NCBI GenBank assembly: GCA_964016885.1
Contig: OZ024742.1
Location: 17,794,001 to 17,858,000, forward strand
Reading direction: 5' to 3'
Source of the DNA: Eledone cirrhosa
Lineage: Eukaryota
DNA: 64,000 nucleotides
Shown here: positions 13,607 through 25,952 of the stretch, one piece after another
Layout: each line of letters begins with the position of its first letter
How positions within the stretch are numbered: the first letter of the stretch is position 1
Notes under the pieces: generated by a model
Database searches by the model: none
What the model saw: only the letters and a program-made list of their open reading frames with translations
What the model was told of the DNA's origin: nothing
Program-made: the position numbers and the translations under genes

Positions 13607-16070
13607 TTAATTAGGTTTATAATATTTAAATGTTTTTTTTAGTTTATGATTACACGATATAATTAATTCCTGTCGTTTATTTAATAAGATATCCTTAGAC
13701 TTCATTATTTCAAATAGTTCTTGGGAACATAATCTACATTCATTTCTATTATTTTGATAAGGGGTGGCTCTTTTGAGCACACTCCAGGTCAAATCATATT
13801 CTATATTCTTATTTTTATAACTATTGATTTTTTCTGCTAGAGATGTTGTATTAGCCAGTGCGGCATTTTTAAAAACTATGCTTGTGGGTATTAAACCTTG
13901 TCTTAAAATTGTTAGAGGTAGCTCCTATATATGAGCAAATAGAATCTTTAGTTTTAACATTACATTTATAGACTATGTTGTTAACAAGACAATTCCCTTT
14001 TAATGGGCAGTTTGCTTTGTTTCTACAGTTACATCCTTTCGTTAATTCTATATTTGAGGAGATATTATGGTTAATTTGATGTACTGGTGGTATACTTATG
14101 GTTTTCTTACATTTATATGCATTATAGGCACTTATATTTTGTTTTATGTTATTTGTTGTAGAGTATGAGAATTTAACTGTAGACCTATTTAAGATTTGAT
14201 GGTATTTGTGGTTTGGCGGGAAGTTTTTCTCAAGGATATAAAAAAATTTTTTAGCAATATTATCCTTAACTTGTAAATTAAAAGGAGCATTATACCAAGT
14301 AACCCGTCTATTACGGTTTCTATGTTGTTTATTATTTTTATTATTTTTATAGGTTGTATCGTGATTTTTACTAGGAGGATTAATGTTAATGATCTCACCA
14401 CAACCATTTTTAGTTATATTTGTAGATTTAGGTGTTTTATCCTTTTTATTAGGAGTTTTATTATTAATATTTATTAGAGTTGTATGATGAGTAGTTTTTT
14501 GAGAGTTACTATACTTTATATTAGAAGATTTGGTATTTTGGGGTATAGTGTGGGTGGCATTTAGGTGTGTACTTTTCATTTGGTGTTTGTTGGTAATATT
14601 ATGTTGTATGCTTTCAGTATTTTTAGTAGAAGGTATATACTCTAATCTATTTTTGTGGCCACTTCTATCTAGAGCTTCGTTATAGAAGGTCGCATTTTTA
14701 TCAAATACATCTTGGTTAGAAGAAAGGTTAGAAATTCTAAGTGATATATTATATGCAAGGTTTTTAAGGATAGATTTAGGGTGATTAGATTGTGAGTGTA
14801 TGTAATGTAAGTTTTGGTTAGGTTTATGGTAAGGTTGGTAGATACCCGTAGCTAAATCTAAAGTTATATCTAGGAAATTTACTACTTTACTTATTTTTTC
14901 AAAAGTAATATTAAGATTATAATAGTCTTTAAGGAAAGTTCTAATATGTTTTTTGTTTTTTTCAATTTCTGAAAGGCTAAGGTTGTTAGAAAGAAGAAGA
15001 CAGTCATCACGATATAAACCACCTTTGAGGTGGGGAAAAGAGGCATTTATGTTGAAAAGGAGAAAGAGGCCCACAAGATCAGTAATTTGGGCGGAATCGC
15101 TTGAACCCATAGTAATATCAAAAAGATTACTATATGTGTTTCTGGTCCAGTATTCATTCTGAAATTCAATAAGTGTTAGTCTAGCATGTGTAATAATATT
15201 AATGTCATCCAAAGTTAAGTTAGATCTATTTTTAGCAAATATCAATGCTTTGTTCAGGAGTATAGGTGATATAGAAGAATAGTAATTATCTATATCAAAT
15301 TGTAGGAATGAAGCAGAAGATTTACACCTAATATTTTTAAACCAGTTAATTACCTGGGAGGTGTTTTCCCAGAGTGGTAAAATAACGTGTTTTCTTATTT
15401 GTGGGATGACTCTATCTAAAATTTTTTTGCTAATTATTCCAATATCTGATTTGGAGGGACATATAAGTCTAATAGAAGGATTTGAGTTAAAGTTAGATTT
15501 GTGATCCTTCAGGTTGAAGTGTGGTCTTTTCAATGCCAAAGGTTCAGTTCTATCTTCAATGTTTAGTTTTTTTACTATGTTGTGTGTTTTGTTGTTGATG
15601 TTGGTGAGTGACGCATTATTAGATTTTTTATAATTTTTTCTGAGTTCTTTATATATGAACTCGTTATAATGTTCAATATCCATATGATACAAGTTACCAG
15701 TTTTGTCCGAGTGGACATGGATTTTTTTAGACTTTTTTAGGTCCAATAGGGTAGAATCAAGGTCCTTTTGAAAGACGGATTTATACTTTTTAAATTTGAG
15801 GTGTTTAATTAAATTAAAAAGGTCTTTCTCGAAGTCTTCAAGTAAAAAGTTGTGTGGTGGATTCTTGTAAGTATTGAAATCATACATATATTTCCGATCT
15901 GCTTGTTTAGATTTTCTATCGAAGTGGTAGGCTCTCCATCTAACTCTTCTGATAAAATTATTAGTTTTCTGAATCATAAGGAGTAAGAAGTCATCCTTAG
16001 AAGGTATTGGTATGTTTTTTAAGGAGGTTCCTAAATATTGTTTTTCCATTGTGATATGGATGATGGACAA
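13607..16070 (-). CDS. PLE polyprotein (reverse transcriptase + GIY-YIG endonuclease), about 820 aa if one +1 frameshift at 13866-13875 is corrected
   Basis: RT motifs LQFDIDNYYSSI, ITMGSSDSAQITDLVG and GGLYRDD; thumb YHKPN...HSQSNHP; linker CNCRNKANCPLKGNC; EN motifs IVYKC...YIGATSNNFKTRFNTH. Removing one T gives HSFKNAALANTTSLAEKINSYKNKNIEYDLTWSVL, joining the 13607-13792 ORF (CRLC...LLNKRQELIISCNH). Confidence 0.9.
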
Positions 16071-16392
16071 TTGAAAGAGCTCAACTAAATGTATATGGGT
16101 TTAGAAAATCATACATATATATATGTATATACATAAATATAAAATTAATACACACATACAGTACAAAAATACGAATATTTCCGTGAAAATAGGAGCAAAA
16201 TTATGTAGATAAATCTACCAAGAGTTTACGGTAGTGTCCAATCCGTATGAAGAACTCAATGTATTCCGGATATCATGGAAAGAAGAGATGTAATGAAAAA
16301 TCACTTTCGGTGAAAGATAAACGGTATACAGAGTCAAGATAAAATATTAAACAAATAATGAATAAACAATTCCTTATATTAAACAAAAAAAG

Positions 16393-16546
16393 TTCATTAT
16401 TTAACGATCGTTTCTAGGATATATATGTGTTAGAATTGGCATGCATATTCAACAGATCTATGTACAAAATTATACAAAATTATACAAACTATCAAGGTTA
16501 AATATACATACCAACACATATATACGCCGTCTTCAGAAATAATGAA
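16393..16546 (-). ncRNA. Type I hammerhead ribozyme in the 5' pseudo-LTR (family B)
   Basis: Copy of 9317-9470 (offset 7076). Confidence 0.75.
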
Positions 16547-17065
16547 GTATATTTATTGATAATAACAACAATTCAAAATTTCAGGTCCGTTATCTTGATC
16601 TAAATGTGTGTGCCAGTATTTATGTGAGTGAATTAATATCCATGTGCTTATGATTTTATATCCACATATATAAATGTGAGTGGGGGTGTGTGTGTGTTTG
16701 TATGTTCGTGGTTATGTGTATATTTATGCATATACGCGCGTGTATGTGTGATTGTACGGATATGTGTGAGTATGAAAAAATATATTTTCATATTTGTGTG
16801 TCAATACGCATCTTATCTGTGCATTATAAACTTACAGAGACATTAACCTTGAAATTTTGTATTTGCATCCATCCTTTTAGTATGCGTATACAAATTATAC
16901 ATACATTTTTGTAAAATATGTGTAAGGGTTTTACATGTATATACACACACCGAACTGCATTTAACCCTTTGTGTTTTCATTGGTCAATTTTGTTCCCAAA
17001 CGGACCTGAAATTTTGAATTGTTGTTATTATTAATAAATATACTTCATTATTTCTGAAGACGGCG

Positions 17066-17246
17066 ATGGATTGGCAGTATCGGTAGAGGGTCGGACGCCA
17101 TGCTTTTCAGCACAGTTACGTCCCTTTACGGACCGAGTTCAAATCGCGCCGAGGTTGACTTTGCCTTTCATCCTTACGGGGTCGATAAAATAAAGTACCA
17201 GTAATACACTGGATTAATTGCTGGCCTTGTGCCAAAAGTAGAAACA
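17066..17246 (+). mobile_element. tRNA-derived SINE (family A) inserted in the PLE inverted arm
   Basis: 19-bp target-site duplication ATTATTTCTGAAGACGGCG at 17047-17065 and 17247-17265; A box TGGCAGTATCGG; B box GAGTTCAAATC. Confidence 0.88.
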
Positions 17247-17397
17247 ATTATTTCTGAAGACGGCGTATATATGTGTTGGTATGTATATTTAACCTTGATA
17301 GTTTGTATAATTTTGTATAATTTTGTACATAGATCTGTTGAATATGCATGCCAATTCTAACACATATATATCCTAGAAACGATCGTTAAATAATGAA
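17247..17397 (+). ncRNA. Type I hammerhead ribozyme, inverted-arm copy (family B)
   Basis: ATTATTT, CTGAAGA (17254-17260), GAAA (17376-17379), CGATCG, TT, AAATAAT; stem I is shortened by the SINE insertion. Confidence 0.65.
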
Positions 17398-17442
17398 CTT
17401 TTTTTGTTTAATATAAGGAATTGTTTATTCATTATTTGTTTA

Positions 17443-17527
<85 letters not shown>

Positions 17528-17722
17528 GGAAATAACAAGGCAAACGATACAGCACAATAAAGAGATATATTGGTTTAACGCTTGATATAGTAGGTTGTAT
17601 TATCTTATTCTCATTCATACATACACGGGTGCCAATACATACACTAATATCATAGAAGTTGAGAGAGAGAAAGATTGGATAGCGATGATAGATAAATATC
17701 TATATAAACATATGGATGTGTG

Positions 17723-17770
<48 letters not shown>

Positions 17771-17846
17771 CACACATATATAAATCGTCTTTTTCTCCGT
17801 TTTCATATATATATATATATATATATAAATGAAAATATGTGTGTGT

Positions 17847-17937
<91 letters not shown>

Positions 17938-18005
17938 TATATAAATCGTCTTTTTCTCCGTTTTCATATATATATATATATATATAAATGAAAATATGTG
18001 TGTGT

Positions 18006-18054
<49 letters not shown>

Positions 18055-18555
18055 CACACACACATATATATATACAATATAGATTTATATAGATAGCTAG
18101 CTAATATTCAATTTTCATCGGTAACTTCTCTGTGGCTGTAATCTTTCAACAGTAATATTTTATATGTGATTACTCCATGTTGAATATAAAATATAAAAAT
18201 TAAAGGCGGAAAATCTGTATCTATCTTATTTATGAATTTGTTTCATTATATTTTAGTAGAATGCAGAATATACAGAATATATAATTTCGGATTGTGTATA
18301 TTCTCCTTCGGGATTAGATATATTCTCCTTGTGTGTCTAAAGCCTTCGTGCAGGCACACATTATAGCACGCATGGGCGAATGTCGACTTGGTAGATCAAT
18401 AAAGCCACTCTGGCTAAAAAGAGGAATGCTTAGAACAGAAATAAATATGGGCGATACACACATAAACATACATAAACCTATAAATCTACATTTTGCATAT
18501 TATTTGCATATGTAGATAAACACACGCGTACACATACACACATATAATACGAATA

Positions 18556-18707
<152 letters not shown>

Positions 18708-18835
18708 GGGATAGAGAAATCGGTGTGTATGGTGTAATGTATTTAAACAGGTTTTCCTCAATCTTCCTGGCTAAAACTGTTAAAATCACTCTATAGTTAC
18801 ATGTTTTAGACTACATACTTCAATGACATGGTTTA

Positions 18836-19710
18836 CCTCCATTTACACACACATTACCACGTTCACACGCACACACACGTACACACATGCCTACACATAT
18901 TACCACCTTCACACGCACACACACGTACACACATGCCTACACACATTAGCACGTTCGTACACACATGCCTACACACATTACCACGTTCACACACACACGT
19001 ACACACATGCCTACACACATTAGCACGTTCACACACACAGACACGTACACACATGGCTACACATATTAGCACGTTCACACACACACACACACACGTACAA
19101 ATATGCCTACACACATTACCACGTTCACACACACACACACGTACACACATGCCTACACACATTACCATGTTCACACACACACGTACACACATGCCTAAAC
19201 ACATTAGCACGTTCACACGCACACACACACACGTACATACATGCCTACATACATTAGCACGTTCACACACACACACACACACACACACGTACATACATGC
19301 CTACATACATTAGCACGTTCACACACACACACACGTACACACATGCCACACACATTAGCACGTTCACACACACACACAGGTACACCGCATGCCTACACAC
19401 ATTAGCACGTTCACACACACACACACACATACTTACACACATGCCTACACACATTACCACGTTCACACACACACACACGTACATACATGCCTACACACAT
19501 TACCACGTTCACACACACACACGTACACACATTCCTACACACATTAGCACGTTCACACACACACACACGTACACACATGCCTACACACATTACCACGTTC
19601 ACACACACACGTACATACATGCCTACACACATTAGCACGTTCACACACACACACGTACACACATGCCTACACACATTACTACGTTCAAACACACACACAC
19701 GTACACACAT
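18836..19710. repeat. Minisatellite of about 40-46 bp, followed by (GGT)n at 19711-19783
   Basis: Unit ACACACATTA(G/C)CACGTTC(AC)nGTACACACATGCCT repeated about 20 times. Confidence 0.9.
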
Positions 19711-19844
19711 TGGTAGTGGTGGTGGTGGTGGTAGTGCTGGTGGTGGTGGTGGTGGTGGTGGTGATGGTGGTGATGGTGGTGGTGTGTGTGTTTTAGCTTG
19801 TCAAGGGAGATGAAATGGGAAAATATATATACTTTCAACTGCAT

Positions 19845-20892
19845 ATCTAAACTATAATAAAGTAAGAAGCGCGGGACTGCGTACGGTTTATAATTGTTTA
19901 TCCCCTTAGTAAAATAAGTTGGATTACTTTGAATAAATAATTGTTTCTACTTTTGACACAAGGCCAGAAATTACCCAGTACATTACTGGTACCTTATTTT
20001 ATCGACCCCGTAAGGATGAAAGGCAAAGTTAACCTTGGCGGGATTTGAACTCAGATCATAAAGGGACGTAACTCTATGCTTCAAAGCATGGCGTCCGACT
20101 CTCTACCAATACTGCCAATCCACCGCCTTTACTTTGAATAAATAATGAATGAATATTACATAATTTATCCACTAAATTTCGTGGCTGTTCATTAAATATA
20201 CTTACAGAAAAACCACTCTCGAGTGGTTTTCTGCTAGCATGTGTAGTGTGTATATTGATATTATACACAGAAATTGAACGAAGACTGTGTTACACTGTCT
20301 TATGTAATCAGTAACGTAATCCATGATACATTAAAAAAAAGACGATATTATATATAGGAGAAAATTAGTGACAGAAAATTAATATGTTTATTTAAGCGAT
20401 CGCCACCAGAAGTGTTGACATTTGAAAATGTTAAAGAAGTAAATCTTTCAATAAATAATAAAATATATTTAATGAACAGCCACGAAATCTAGGAGATAAA
20501 TTATGTAATATTCATTCATTATTTATTCAAAGTAATCCAACTTATTTTACTAAGGGGATAAACAAAATTATAAACCGTACACAGTCCCGCGCTTCTTACT
20601 TTATTATAGTTTAGATGTTATTACTTATTTAAAGATACACTTCTTTAAAATTTTCAAATGTCAACACTTCCGGTTAGTGATCGTTTAAATAAATATTCAT
20701 AGATTTCTGTCACTAATTTTCTCCTAATGCAGTTTATATATAATATCGTCTTTTTTTTAATGTATCATGGATTACGTTACTGATTACATAAGACAGTGTA
20801 ACGCAGTCTTCGTTCAATTTCTGTGTATAATATCAATATACACACTACACATGCTAGCAGAAAACCACCCGAAGGGTGGCCTTTCTGCTACT
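19845..20892. mobile_element. Two opposed copies of a ~430-bp non-autonomous Helitron-like element
   Basis: 20463-20892 (+) ends in hairpin CCACCC-GAA-GGGTGG then TTTCTGCTAC. 19845-20460 is its reverse complement in permuted order. A GAAGTGTTGACATTTGAAA block is shared with the Helitron at 7375-7410. Confidence 0.55.
19942..20128 (-). mobile_element. tRNA-derived SINE (family A)
   Basis: 18-bp TSD TTACTTTGAATAAATAAT at 19924-19941 and 20129-20146; family A body. Confidence 0.88.
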
Positions 20893-20935
20893 ATATATAA
20901 CTACAGTATATATATATGGGTGTGTGTGTGTATGT

Positions 20936-21098
20936 ATGTTGGCGTTAGTAAGGGCATCCAGCCGTAGAAAACCAGCCAGAAACAGTTCTATTCGAGCGAG
21001 ACATGGTCACCCGACCAATCTTGCTTCAAATGGGACAAACCCGTCTAATCCATGCTAGCGTGGAAGTTAGACGTTAAACGATGATGATGATAATGATG
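20936..21098 (+). mobile_element. 3' UTR fragment of the RTE-clade LINE
   Basis: GTTAGTAAGGGCATCCAGCCGTAGAAAA...ACCCGTCTAATCCATGCTAGCGTGGAAG...(GAT)n matches 61095-61263. Confidence 0.75.
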
Positions 21099-21114
21099 AT
21101 ATATATATATATAT

Positions 21115-21300
21115 AGGAAAAAGTATGACCCCGACGGCAGAGCTCAAGCCGTTTCGACGGCTATTTCTGAAATAGCCGTCGAAACGGCTTGAGCTCTGCC
21201 GTCAGGGTCATACTTTTTCCTATTACCCACTCTACTAGCCTAAGTATTGAGTACTTTTGTGCGTTATGGTCCATCTGGTTCCTTACCACAATTCCTTTGT

Positions 21301-21302
<2 letters not shown>
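21115..21302 (+). mobile_element. Family E element with inverted head
   Basis: Palindrome at about 21116-21222 centred near 21169, followed by the family 3' part; (TA)n on both sides. Confidence 0.7.
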
Positions 21303-21336
<34 letters not shown>

Positions 21337-21672
21337 TACATATTAATATAGAAAGGCTTCTACAGGACTAGAACTGTTTCATTCAAATGAAATACTTCTA
21401 GTCCTGTAGAAACCTTTCTATATTAAATATATATACTCTGCTTTGTATTGAGTACCTTACTTACTGTGGTTACTCCCGATTGAACCCGGGATAAACTTAT
21501 ATATATATATATATATATATATATACCATAGTTTTCAACTCACTTTAAGATAGCATGTTAGCGTTAATATATACATATAATATATCCAGGATGTCCCACA
21601 AAATGTATATACACTTTCATTACAATATTTATTAGAATGCTGTTGAAGTGAGTCTTCATTTTGAGGGATACC

Positions 21673-21722
<50 letters not shown>

Positions 21723-22380
21723 GGGGGGGGGTAAGTGTGTGTATGTGTTTATGAATATATGATTTATGGCTTTTTAATGCTATACATACAAACAGAGATA
21801 AACTATATAAATCTCTGTAAATTTGAAACTTAAATAAGAGAACTATTTAAATATATATGCTACCGTTAAAAAGTTTAAAACGAAGTTCTATAAATCAGTA
21901 CAGACGACAAATTAGTTCTTATGATATGAAGACATGTATGAAACTCTTAAGAAATGTGTTAGCATTAAATATTGTTTAATGAGCAGGCTAACAAAATAGA
22001 ATTCATTAATGCTCACAAAGACGAGCCGTGTGATTCATTAATCAATCAAATATTTCTACAAAATTTGTTAATGAACCGAGAATATCATATCTAATGTTTC
22101 TTAACGAAGTGAATGTCAGAACATTGCTTCTTAATTAAGTAGTTTTCTGATTCTCTGAAATCAATGTAGATTTTTTGACATTGCTACTTCTTCTCGACTC
22201 ACCTGTTGGTTTAGTAACTAGAAGTACTTTTGCATGATACTGTGACGTTCAAATATGATGTGATGTATCTCAGACAAAACCCCAGGAGACAAAGTTGTTT
22301 AATTTATATACGACCATCTTGGTCATCATCGTCGTAACTGGGGCGGAGAGGGTCATATCGTATCGCTATCTTCATGGTTT

Positions 22381-22843
22381 GGAATGGTTGCCAGAATTGG
22401 TAGAGCGTCCGAGAAAATGTCTGTGTTATTTATTTCGTTACGGACCTTTACGTTCTGAGTAAAATCCTGCTGAGGATAGCTTTGCATTTCATCTTCACGA
22501 GGATCGATAAAATAAAGTACCAGTTACGCACTGGGGTCGAATTAATCGACTTTCCCCTCCCCCAAAATTGTTGGCCTTGTACCTAAATCAGAAACCATTA
22601 CTGTCATCGTTCTTTGGAATGGTGGTCACCAGAATTAGTAGAGCGTCCGAGAAAATATTTTGTATTATTTATTTTGTTACAGACCTTTACGTTCTGAGTT
22701 CAAATCCCACCAAAGTCAGTTTTGCATTTCATTCTCCTTGGGTTTATAAAATAAAGTACCAGTAAATATTGGTGTCAATTTAATCGACTTTCCCCTCCCC
22801 AAAAATTGTTGGTCATGTGACTAAATCAGAAACAATTATTATG
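22381..22843 (+). mobile_element. Two tandem family A-related SINEs (22381-22602 and 22616-22843)
   Basis: Each has a CAGAATT(G/A)GTAGAGCGTCCGA head, ATAAAATAAAGTACCAGT body and AAATCAGAAAC.ATTA tail. Confidence 0.75.
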
Positions 22844-23667
22844 ATGGTAACTGTACGGGGGAATATTTACTATAGTACAGGGGAATATTTACTCTAGTAC
22901 TTCAGACACTGGATGTAGTTTAATGAACATCTAATGTCCTGTCGTTAGTTATGAAATCTTATAAATACATTTAGATTACATAATAATTAGGCTATAAAAT
23001 AACGATGAAAAGCATATAAAATCATATAAAATATTTTCTAATGTATGACAAATAAAATACTTCACCACACATCTATATCAGTGTAACAGTTCGTTATGAT
23101 CAGAACAGATCAGTGTAACAGCTCGTCATGATTTGTAGATAAAATATTGATCAGAGTAGCAATAGAGGACAGATGTCGATATTACTCACAGTTGTATGAT
23201 TAACAATCCAACATAGGTTAGTTAGAAAGGTTAAAGACTTGGGGGTGGGGGGTGACCGTAACCTTACCTTAATACATTACCAACTTAGCCAAATAGAATT
23301 TATCAATAAAAGAAAGATTACGGGTGGGATTAAGATATAATAGCGCCGGACTGAATATATTACAGCAACCGACTTTGCCTTTTACCCCCCGCCCTGGTGT
23401 CAATAGAATAAATATCAATGTAGTATTGATTGTTTCAATATTTTATATTCTCATCCCAGATTAGTTATGATCTCATGAAAGACAATTAGGAAGAATTTAC
23501 TGCTAAAATCTAGAAGTAACACGGCTTAAATCACCGCCCCCTCACGGCCACGTAACACCCTCAGTGCCACCACCACAATTTCCAGAGAGACCTGCCTACA
23601 TGCAAATTGTAAATAATATATAATAATTAAAATCGTTAATTTATATATAATAAATAATATAATATAT

Positions 23668-23848
23668 AATTGTTTCTACTTTTTGGCACAAAAAGTACAT
23701 TACTGGTACTTTATTTTATCGACCTTGTAAAGATGAAAGGCAAAGTTAACTTCGGCAAGATATTGAACACAGACCGCAAAGGGACGTAATTCTATGCTGC
23801 AAAGCATGGCGTCCGACCCTCTACCGATACTGCCAATCCACCTCCCTT
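23668..23848 (-). mobile_element. tRNA-derived SINE (family A)
   Basis: Reverse complement closely matches 17066-17246. Confidence 0.8.
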
Positions 23849-24182
23849 AAAATTATAATAAATAGTATAATAGATATGTATAAATAAATATTTATTTTTA
23901 TTTTACTATATTTATATATATGTATCATTTGATATTTAATATTCTATTATATCTTCTCTAACACCGACCCATCTCCACAGCCCTCTTAGGCCCCAGCACC
24001 CCCTGGACCTTCTCAATACTCCCCGGGGGGCGGTAGAGCATACTTTGAGAACCTCTGACTTAAATGGAAGCTGTGAGTTTACCTTTAGACCTTTGGTTCT
24101 AAACACAATGACTCAATGATTAAGGCTGAGTGGTCGTTTTTAAAGCAGTATATTGAATTCCATTCATAAGGTTTTAGAGGAT

Positions 24183-24698
24183 AAATAATAGTTTCAAATT
24201 TAGAAACACGGCCTACAGTTTTGTGAGGAAGGGGAAAGTCGATTATATCCTCCATCCCAGTATACAACAGATACTTTATTTTATCGACCTCGGAAGGATG
24301 AAAGACAAAGTGTACCTTGGAGGGATTTGAACTCAGAACATAGAAATCGTAATTGAATGCCACAAAGCATTTTGTGTGTGTGTGTGATAGCTTACACCTA
24401 TGTGTGTGTGTGACAGCTTACCTATGCAGGTTTAGCTGGCCTCCTCCAAGGTATATCTCGTTGGGGGTGACTTGGGTGATTTAATGATAGGGACCTCAGT
24501 CCTATCATCTCATTTCTACAGCTGAGTAAACTGGAGCAAGTTGAAATAAAGTGTCTTGCTCAAGGAAACAACACATCACCCGTCCAAGAATTAAACTTAC
24601 AACCTTTCGATTGCAAGCCCAATGCTCTAACCAGTAAGCCATGCGCCTTCACAAGCATTTTTCCCGACACTCTAACAATTCTGCCAATTCACCCCCTT
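24183..24698 (-). mobile_element. Family A-related SINE interrupted by a family B SINE (24374-24652)
   Basis: Family A body stops at about 24373 and resumes at 24653; AAGCATTTT is duplicated at both junctions; the insert has a family B head and a (CA)-rich tail. Confidence 0.7.
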
Positions 24699-24761
24699 TA
24701 GTCGGTAGATAATGCCACGATACCACCATTTCTGTCGGAAACGAATATTATTAAATAGATT

Positions 24762-24876
24762 ATTCAAATCCCGCCGAGGTTAACTTTGCCTTTCATCCTT
24801 ACGGGGTCGATCAAATAAAGTACCAGTAATGTACTGGGTAATTGCTGGCCTTGTGCCAAAAGTAGAAACAATTATT
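24762..24876 (+). mobile_element. 5'-truncated family A SINE
   Basis: TTCAAATCCCGCCGAGGTTAAC...GCCAAAAGTAGAAACAATTATT, flanked by a duplicated ATTATTAAATAGATTA. Confidence 0.75.
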
Positions 24877-25952
24877 AAATAGATTATTACATGTTTGATG
24901 GTAGAGGAATGGTTTACTAACAGACAGTTTCGCCTCTCCATGTATATAGGGATTTGTGACGGGTGCATCGCAATGTCTGAACTTTCAAATGTGTAAGTGT
25001 TAAGAGACTCCTGGAATAGATTACTAGATTTGTCAAATATGTAACTTGTTTCCGCCAAATTTGACTAAAATCATGAGGAATTGAGACATTTAAACTCAGG
25101 ATTCTACAGCATGTACTACGTTAGTATTGGACTGTTTGGTTTTAGAGTCACATGCTCAGGTTGCAGTAAAAATATTTTCCAATCAAGTTAAACATAAAAG
25201 TAGAAATACTACATTACGAATATAAACTTTGTTAGCACTCTGAGGCAGACTTTACTCGACACACGTTCAAACCATATCTCATTCAGTGAGTAATTGTGAG
25301 CAAATGGATTTATGTCTAATACTAACTATAACCTATATGATGGCTACAAACTCTGCTAAGAGTATTGCAATCGTTTGTCAGATTATAGAGTTTGGTGCAC
25401 TTTTAGGCTACGGCCAGCCACACGAACCTGTAACAGATCCTGAACAAGCAATGCCTGTGCTTTGAAGGTTTTTTAAGTGGAGAAAGGCCTTGCACTCGAC
25501 CAATCCCACTTGCTGAGCATCGAAAACGCTAACCGAATATGAGAGATGGTCAACATCATCGGATAATATATATATAAACACACATACACACATAAACATA
25601 CACACAAATACACACACACACGGGTGTTGGTAAGTTGATGTACAAGCAGATGTGTGAACAACTTTCTTCAACTACCATTTAGTAATAGATAATGTATCAA
25701 ACTAACACCATCAGGTGAAAGAAACTTTAACCGGTCTCTCCTTAATTCCTAGCTCAGGCTGTACAAGAAAATCATAAAATGTTGTATTCTTTATCTCTTC
25801 TGGTCTTCAAACACCATCAATCCATTCCTCCTCCTCCATTTACGATACAGAAGTCAATTTCACTTGCTCACATATATCGTTAACATTCCTTATCTTAAAG
25901 CTGTTCACGGATGAGCTTCGGAACCTATCAACACCTGTGTACGTTTCTAGAG

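Larger units (their letters stand above)
9126..17450 (-). mobile_element. Near full-length Penelope-like retroelement (EN+, probably Hydra clade) with pseudo-LTRs and an inverted 5' arm
   Basis: 390-bp direct repeats at 9126-9515 and 16202-16591; 16591-17450 is an inverted copy of about 9264-9923; RT-GIY-YIG ORF in between; (TA)n on both flanks. Confidence 0.92.

Noticed and set aside
17066-17160. tRNA genes at SINE heads
   Set aside because: A and B boxes are present, but there is no full cloverleaf and each continues into a SINE body, several with TSDs.
25400-25950. Host exon(s) left of the satellite
   Set aside because: More balanced composition and an AG acceptor-like site, but plus frames stop quickly and no recognisable domain is seen; could be a decayed LINE end.
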